Below, piece by piece: positions 60,901-64,000 of a stretch of DNA of 64,000 bases. How positions within the stretch are numbered: the stretch's first letter is position 1; the number at the start of each line of letters is the position of its first letter. A program made the position numbers and the translations under genes. This stretch comes from Botryllus schlosseri (Eukaryota): the NCBI GenBank assembly GCA_051294905.1, contig CM119379.1, positions 24,118,001 through 24,182,000 of the forward strand, given 5' to 3'. The notes beneath the pieces were generated by a model. The model did not search any database. It saw nothing but the letters and a program-made list of their open reading frames with translations, and was not told the DNA's origin.

Positions 60901-61347
60901 TAATCAATATACATTTCTTACAGGCCTGACATGCAATATTTGACATTTAATTCCCCGTCCAAAATACTTGTCAAATATTCAATGTCTGAAATTGAAATAA
61001 TGTATTCCATGGCGGAAATTAATGCGTACACAAAGCGACCAATTGTAATACTGTCGTATTTGCGCACATAGCGAATCGCGACAGTACAAGGAAGGCCTTC
61101 GTATAGAAAGTTTTCTTGTTGTTGCTAATATACTCAGACTCAGCTCAGACTACGAATCGATCGCTTAATTCGAATTTCAAGAACACCACCGACGCTTCGT
61201 ATAAATTCTCTATCAAGTTTATTGCACACGCATCATACATACCGACGAAAGAAACTTCAGGGTGTTCACATAGTCTTGCTCGGTTTTAAATATTTCCTTC
61301 AAAATGTAAGTCCTCATACGCTTGTCTTTCTCCGACGGTTCTCCCAT
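18640..61347 (-). CDS. PREX: P-Rex family Rac guanine nucleotide exchange factor (PREX1/PREX2-like), 40 coding exons, ~1760 aa; DH-PH-DEP1-DEP2-PDZ1-PDZ2-IP4P-like
   Basis: Forty GT-AG exons join in consistent phase (5285 nt summed). Peptides match motifs I recall from human P-Rex1/2: [133 protein letters not shown]. There is an in-frame TAG 9 nt upstream of the ATG at 61347. The 3' terminal exon is uncertain. Confidence 0.95.
19433..19789. mobile_element. Probable Buster-type MITE
   Basis: CAGGGCTATACTCAACT / AGTTGGGTAACCCTG ends; TSD poorly conserved. Confidence 0.55.
19988..20166 (-). CDS. PREX: P-Rex exon 39 (IP4P-like, CX5R-like loop)
   Basis: [11 protein letters not shown]...[22 protein letters not shown]. 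Confidence 0.94.
20673..20854 (-). CDS. PREX: P-Rex exon 38 (IP4P-like)
   Basis: [30 protein letters not shown]...MIDR. Confidence 0.93.
21533..21676 (-). CDS. PREX: P-Rex exon 37 (IP4P-like)
   Basis: [43 protein letters not shown]. Confidence 0.93.
21765..21945. mobile_element. 181-bp deletion derivative of the CAGGGCCGTAAC family
   Basis: CAGGGCCGAAAC / GTTCCGGTCCTG; flanks CATTTACA / CATATGCA (6/8). Confidence 0.7.
23649..24120. mobile_element. hAT-type MITE with TTCTAG/ACTAGA repeats
   Basis: TIRs CAGACTTGTACAAACTA / TAGTTTGTACAAGTCTG; flanks CTCAACA / CTCAAACA; longer inverted relative at ~38230-38937. Confidence 0.85.
24312..24414 (-). CDS. PREX: P-Rex exon 36 (IP4P-like)
   Basis: [25 protein letters not shown]. 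Confidence 0.9.
24783..24884 (-). CDS. PREX: P-Rex exon 35 (IP4P-like)
   Basis: [24 protein letters not shown]. Confidence 0.93.
24945..25060 (-). CDS. PREX: P-Rex exon 34 (IP4P-like)
   Basis: [27 protein letters not shown]. Confidence 0.92.
25383..25531 (-). CDS. PREX: P-Rex exon 33
   Basis: [11 protein letters not shown]...[24 protein letters not shown]. Confidence 0.85.
25594..25709 (-). CDS. PREX: P-Rex exon 32
   Basis: [22 protein letters not shown]. Confidence 0.85.
26561..27149. mobile_element. Near-perfect fold-back MITE (~280-bp arms)
   Basis: TAGGGTTGTTCAAAAAA...TTTTTTGAACAACCCTA; the whole element is palindromic; flanks TTGTGTAG / CTGTGTAG (7/8). Confidence 0.92.
27203..27345 (-). 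CDS. PREX: P-Rex exon 31
   Basis: RDRVSVIS...[13 protein letters not shown], similar to P-Rex1 DKLHGCLEHLFNQ. Confidence 0.9.
27616..27695 (-). CDS. PREX: P-Rex exon 30
   Basis: [27 protein letters not shown]. Confidence 0.72.
27754..27880 (-). CDS. PREX: P-Rex exon 29 (Ser-rich)
   Basis: [24 protein letters not shown]..., donor GTAAGA. Confidence 0.75.
28783..28881 (-). CDS. PREX: P-Rex exon 28
   Basis: [19 protein letters not shown]... Confidence 0.75.
28945..29079 (-). CDS. PREX: P-Rex exon 27 (Ser-rich)
   Basis: [18 protein letters not shown]...DSEGDSG. Confidence 0.78.
29714..29943 (-). CDS. PREX: P-Rex exon 26 (Ser/Pro-rich)
   Basis: [22 protein letters not shown]...; GC-rich open frame with canonical splice sites. 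Confidence 0.8.
30030..30600 (+). repeat. Unclassified interspersed repeat, also at ~16310-16500 and split at ~1350-1400 plus 2480-2720
   Basis: Shared blocks GCGCAACACGTGATTCACG, GGTAGTCCTATAGCT, CTTATTTGAAAG, CCGAAATAGCCT..AAAG, CAATGGGAGCG. Confidence 0.6.
30417..30450 (+). repeat. (GAAT)n microsatellite
   Basis: Directly visible tetranucleotide run. Confidence 0.8.
30684..30894 (-). CDS. PREX: P-Rex exon 25
   Basis: [11 protein letters not shown]...GHGLMAVL...LDHALIE. Confidence 0.88.
31547..31628 (-). CDS. PREX: P-Rex exon 24
   Basis: [14 protein letters not shown]...; TTGCAG acceptor, GTAAGT donor, phase 0 to 1. Confidence 0.72.
32230..32349 (-). CDS. PREX: P-Rex exon 23
   Basis: [15 protein letters not shown]...[14 protein letters not shown]. 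Confidence 0.93.
32411..32572 (-). CDS. PREX: P-Rex exon 22
   Basis: [17 protein letters not shown]...[10 protein letters not shown]. Confidence 0.85.
32903..33300. mobile_element. Truncated fold-back MITE (left arm plus centre); further copies at 34203-34560 and 34781-35085
   Basis: Shares TACTGGCTACTTGA.AAAATTGTTAGG and twice-repeated CCAAATTTGGTTCAATTCCAACC with 5238-7260 and 26561-27149. Confidence 0.75.
33646..33771 (-). CDS. PREX: P-Rex exon 21 (IP4P-like N-part)
   Basis: [29 protein letters not shown], similar to P-Rex1 DNVHLEHGVVYEY...HVLEK. Confidence 0.88.
33974..34016 (-). CDS. PREX: P-Rex exon 20 (43-nt linker exon)
   Basis: [14 protein letters not shown]; CGCAG acceptor, GTAAGC donor, phase 2 to 0. 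Confidence 0.6.
34708..36417. mobile_element. Buster-type non-autonomous hAT with two nested elements
   Basis: Perfect TIRs CAGTGCTCTTCAACC / GGTTGAAGAGCACTG; perfect TSD GTCTATAC; GTACACCC subterminal motifs. Confidence 0.92.
35134..35566. mobile_element. Blackjack-like hAT MITE (same family as 5533-5956)
   Basis: TAGGCTTACAATA / TATGGTAACCCTA; perfect 8-bp TSD CGCAAATT; right-end relic also at ~41800-41950. Confidence 0.88.
36497..36621 (-). CDS. PREX: P-Rex exon 19 (linker)
   Basis: [11 protein letters not shown]...NKDKG; supplies the required phase 0 to 2 transition, with little recognisable homology. Confidence 0.65.
37509..37637 (-). CDS. PREX: P-Rex exon 18 (PDZ2 end)
   Basis: [18 protein letters not shown]..., donor GTAAGT. 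Confidence 0.9.
37965..38100 (-). CDS. PREX: P-Rex exon 17 (PDZ2)
   Basis: [36 protein letters not shown]. Confidence 0.92.
38230..38937. mobile_element. ACTAGA-repeat MITE related to 23649-24120
   Basis: Dense AACTAGA repeats; right end AATTTGTACAAGTTTG; shared internal block in reverse orientation. Confidence 0.7.
39004..39155 (-). CDS. PREX: P-Rex exon 16 (PDZ1)
   Basis: [14 protein letters not shown]...[10 protein letters not shown]. Confidence 0.85.
39709..40195. mobile_element. Buster-type MITE
   Basis: CAGTGGTTCCCAACC / GGTTAGGAACCACTG; flanks GAGTAGAA / GAGTATAA (7/8). Confidence 0.88.
40325..40426 (-). CDS. PREX: P-Rex exon 15 (PDZ1)
   Basis: [34 protein letters not shown]. Confidence 0.88.
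40490..40653 (-). CDS. PREX: P-Rex exon 14 (DEP2 end)
   Basis: [21 protein letters not shown]...KTVLL, donor GTAAGT. Confidence 0.88.
41372..41520 (-). CDS. PREX: P-Rex exon 13 (DEP2)
   Basis: [33 protein letters not shown]. Confidence 0.93.
43716..43869 (-). CDS. PREX: P-Rex exon 12 (DEP1 end)
   Basis: [26 protein letters not shown]...GLRIYSRL. Confidence 0.95.
44768..44868 (-). CDS. PREX: P-Rex exon 11 (DEP1)
   Basis: EFVEWLV...[17 protein letters not shown]. Confidence 0.93.
44930..45071 (-). CDS. PREX: P-Rex exon 10 (DEP1)
   Basis: KGKRIYY...[19 protein letters not shown]. Confidence 0.9.
45594..46145. mobile_element. hAT-type MITE with GTTGCA repeats
   Basis: Degenerate TIRs (GCAAGTTTTTG / CAAAAACGTGC); perfect 8-bp TSD ATCATCAC. 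Confidence 0.8.
48254..48928. mobile_element. Probable old Buster-type MITE
   Basis: CAGGGGTTCCCAAA ... GGGGTCGCGAACACAAAAAGGCTGGTAGCCCCTG; TSD not conserved. Confidence 0.5.
49311..49460 (-). CDS. PREX: P-Rex exon 9 (PH end)
   Basis: [38 protein letters not shown]. Confidence 0.95.
50209..50360 (-). CDS. PREX: P-Rex exon 8 (PH)
   Basis: Basic loop followed by [21 protein letters not shown]. Confidence 0.92.
50429..50844. mobile_element. Buster-type MITE
   Basis: AAGCGCTTCCCGACC / GGTTGGGAAGCACTG; perfect TSD GTATAGAT; GACCCAC subterminal motifs. Confidence 0.82.
50900..51042 (-). CDS. PREX: P-Rex exon 7 (PH)
   Basis: [42 protein letters not shown]. Confidence 0.95.
51478..51639 (-). CDS. 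PREX: P-Rex exon 6 (DH end)
   Basis: [13 protein letters not shown]...[29 protein letters not shown]. Confidence 0.95.
51725..51990 (+). mobile_element. tRNA-derived SINE-like element ending in (TG)n
   Basis: B box GGGTTCAATCCC at ~51768; degenerate CAT anticodon-like arm; body ends in a (TG)n microsatellite at ~51952-51983. Confidence 0.6.
52970..53752. mobile_element. hAT-type MITE (family of 15291-16171) containing nested repeats
   Basis: TAGGGCTCGGCGAAATCGAG / GATTCATTGTGCCCAGTGCTA; flanks CTCATCAC / CTCGTCAC (7/8). Confidence 0.8.
53310..53690. repeat. Two inverted arrays of a ~16-bp unit (ACCGAGAATGGACATT)
   Basis: About 8 forward units at 53310-53435, a ~130-bp spacer, then about 7 reverse units at 53565-53690. 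Confidence 0.85.
54078..54176 (-). CDS. PREX: P-Rex exon 5 (DH)
   Basis: GCLMLG...[20 protein letters not shown]. Confidence 0.95.
54448..54552 (-). CDS. PREX: P-Rex exon 4 (DH)
   Basis: [24 protein letters not shown]...; donor GTAAGT. Confidence 0.92.
55469..55558 (-). CDS. PREX: P-Rex exon 3 (DH)
   Basis: [30 protein letters not shown]. Confidence 0.88.
56170..57160. mobile_element. Buster-type left end plus nested CAGGGCCGTAAC-family copy
   Basis: CAGTGGTTCTTAACC at 56170; GAGGGCCGTAACAGC at ~56278; 56940-57155 is the reverse complement of the left part of 5276-6989. Confidence 0.6.
59195..59602. mobile_element. MITE with ~130-bp TIRs ending GAGG/CCTC (Sola-like by inference); half copies at ~22425, 29120, 44300, 46310, 53960 and 63720-63803
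   Basis: Inverted blocks ATTGAATAGTATATT..CCGAATATTTTCGG.TGACACTCGTC.GGGGTAATCGTCAGCAACTAG; outer ends GAGG.ACAGAACTTCAATATAC in several copies. Confidence 0.7.
59934..60038 (-). CDS. PREX: P-Rex exon 2 (DH)
   Basis: VFMERLQ...[14 protein letters not shown]; TTTTAG acceptor, GTAAGT donor. Confidence 0.85.
61243..61347 (-). CDS. PREX: P-Rex exon 1 (start, DH N-terminus)
   Basis: [35 protein letters not shown], donor GTATGT. Confidence 0.88.
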
Positions 61348-62749
61348 TTCGGACTACGTTCAACAGTCTGGAGCGTTATTGTCTTTAAATCCGAATGCGT
61401 TACTCGGGCATCGAGGAATATATATCCCAGTTCCTTGAGGTTGTCGCGTTTGAGTATATATTAACCGTGTACGTACGTACTCGTGCGTACTATCCAGCGC
61501 AACACGCAATATTGATACTTCCTGGTGCTGGCTTCTGATGCTTCTTCGCACAGTGTTAATCACAATGCAGAATATGCGTTGGTTGCGAGCAGGACACTTG
61601 TGAAGGTTCTATTCCAACGGTCTCATATGACGCATGGAGATGCGTCATACACGGATTTTAAATTAGCTACAGCAAATGCAGATAAATTTATAGGATAGCA
61701 GAAGTAGGAATCATGAAATAGTTGTACAATGAAGCCGTGGATGAAGGTGGGGGCAATTTCATCTTACGGAATCTCGATAGGTATATTTCGAACAAGTTTA
61801 TGTTAACAATACCCAAATAATTCCCCTCGAGTATGCATTATTTAACCATATGGGGGTTCCTGACTTCAACTGAATTTATAGTGTCGATTACATGTGCGCA
61901 CAATGCTACTAGGCATTTACTGTACACTCTAACAGTAACTAAGGTGCCTAAAACGCTAAAGGGATGTCTCAACTTCCGACCAAAACGAGATTTGCATCCC
62001 TAAATAATGAAGAAGACAGAGAAACCTTCATTACCATTATGGTTGGTCTTTCTTGGTCAGAGAAAATGAACTGCATAAACAGTAAGGTCAGTGGATTGAT
62101 GGTAAATGAGTCAGTCAATCAGTGATTTATTGATTTATCTATTCAAAAGCACTACAAGTTTGCGATATAATGAAACGATCTGAAGGGTGCCGAAGCCGAG
62201 TTAACGATATCATGGCTAAATTGATCGTTACGTAACGGTCTGTAGCCAATTTCACACTTATGTATTACAGTTGCTTAGCGGTTTTGTAAATCATGTGAGC
62301 TGGCGCGTTAATATCTTTTCCGAAATCCAAGCAACAGATTATCGCATCACTCACAACAAGAAAACTTAGTGGCAGTGTCATATTGTAATACCTCAACCAG
62401 GCCGAGGGATTTGTAGCAAGCGTAGTGGCAAAATAAATCTCTCCACTTTAAACTTCTAAGATAAACTGAGCTATTCTATCAAATCAATGCATGTATCGTA
62501 ATTGTAGTCCCGTGACGAATTAACTTGCGCAATGTACATTCGCCGCAGTGCAGATAAAAGCTATTACTAACAATGCGAAACTTATGCACAGGACGCGATA
62601 TTATGTATTTGACTGACAATGTCTTGCGAGCCACTAATGTATCATCTGTCAGCTGGTTACCCGACATATGAGCATTGAGCATGCGACACAATGGAAAACG
62701 ACAGTTCAGCACGGGACTCTTTAGCATGCGTCACTCCAGCATGTGACTT

Positions 62750-62862
62750 TTTAACCCCAAAACTAACCCTAACCCGAAACGTAACCCTGAAATTAATTGC
62801 CTTACCCTAACCCAGCTCTAAGTCCAACCCTAACCCACACCTAACGCGTAATTTAACCCACA
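62750..62862 (+). repeat. Degenerate telomere-like (AACCCT)n block; relatives at 36705-36800 and 19255-19320
   Basis: 62750 and 36705 both start TAACCCCAAAACTAACCCT and end TTTAACCCACAT. Confidence 0.7.
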
Positions 62863-64000
62863 TGCTCAATTCCTCTTGTGTCACATCCTTCGTAAGTATG
62901 CAGGCAGACGCTTGGCGAAAATTAGCTTAGAAACCCAGCCATATACAATCAGCTTTATACCTGGCCTACAAGTGGACTTGCGTTTTCATTGTAAGGTCTT
63001 CCTTATACAAGCACAGCACGAAGCTTCCTCGTTGATAAAACATGAAGACACTGCCGGGTGCGAAGATATTGTAACAAATCACGGGCTCTCACTCAGCACA
63101 TCAAGCCGCGCGAAAGCGTTTCGAACACCGAACTAATGCGATTACGACTATACCTCGTGAGTATGCTATACTGTTAACCTAATTAGGGTGCTGCCCATTT
63201 GGCAAGATATCTATTAGGTTTCATCCTGATACAAGTCGGCATCGGCACTTGGAAAATGTTTACGATATCTGTGCACTGTGCAAGGGTGCAATGGTGCATG
63301 CCACGATCGGACTAGTGTATAGATTAGATATGCCACCTCAGAAACGTAATGCTTGCACCCTGTAAAGATTCTACAATCTACAATCTACATTCACAGCATC
63401 ACAGCTAACTGCTGCTGCGTTGGCGCAACACGAAGTTAGCGATTGTTGTTCGTATGCTCGTGAGGTTTTACAGACAACGCAGATGTTGTGAACAACAGGC
63501 ATAAAACTAGTGACATTGCAGTTCCAATTACGTATCGCTATACGATCTCAGTTCGTGTCAGTCTAGTCAGATGAGCTAACCTCCTTACTATTGGTATGGT
63601 CGGTAACGAGTTCCATATGTGATATATCGTTCTGGTAATGAATGGTGCAGAACGGGTTGATTTGGCACGCATAAAGTACAATGTTCTTTTGCATTGTCTA
63701 TACTAGTTACGGATAATAACCCCTGTCGAGTGTCAGTCGAAGATATTCCGGTTTCTTTCAATATGAATATACTACTCAATTGTATATTGAAGTTTTATAC
63801 CTCCATTACACATGCTTAGACTGCTGTAAATTTTTGTTGCCATATTTGTTGATATGAAACTCCTTGCCTCCTGTCACAGAGAAGACAACAGCATACAATA
63901 CCAAACTCCCATACGCCGAACAATTGTTCCAAACAAGACCTAATCACTGTTGATCACTTATTTATAATATTACATGATATTTCAAGCTTGTTTCACTATT

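Noticed and set aside
18640-61347. Introner-type elements creating introns
   Set aside because: No intron is delimited by TE ends or TSDs, and the short introns are not similar to each other
63060-63140. Minus-strand ARLDVLSE resembling the DH start
   Set aside because: Immediately followed by a stop; the real DH start is at 61243-61347

Overview
AT-rich eukaryotic genomic DNA, probably from an invertebrate chordate such as an ascidian (inferred from a P-Rex orthologue and many ~57-67 nt introns). It holds two minus-strand protein-coding genes. (1) A near-complete P-Rex (PREX1/PREX2-family) Rac GEF of 40 hand-reconstructed GT-AG exons, ATG 61347 to ~18640, ~1760 aa, with DH-PH-DEP-DEP-PDZ-PDZ-IP4P-like domains; its last exon is uncertain. 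(2) An UNC93-like MFS membrane protein gene (12345 to ~62) whose second intron is ~10.8 kb and whose 3' end may be truncated. That intron is a stack of nested hAT DNA transposons around a decaying tRNA-Gly(UCC) cluster. About 19 non-autonomous hAT-type elements have readable TIRs and 7-8 bp target-site duplications. The window also contains one degenerate Buster/Charlie transposase relic, fold-back (palindromic) elements, two tRNA-derived SINE-like elements and telomere-like relics. There are no prokaryotic features and no CRISPR array. I found no clearly novel protein system; the best leads are the transposon/tRNA interplay, the intronic fold-back hairpins and a few P-Rex peculiarities. All coordinates were read by hand and may be off by a few bases.
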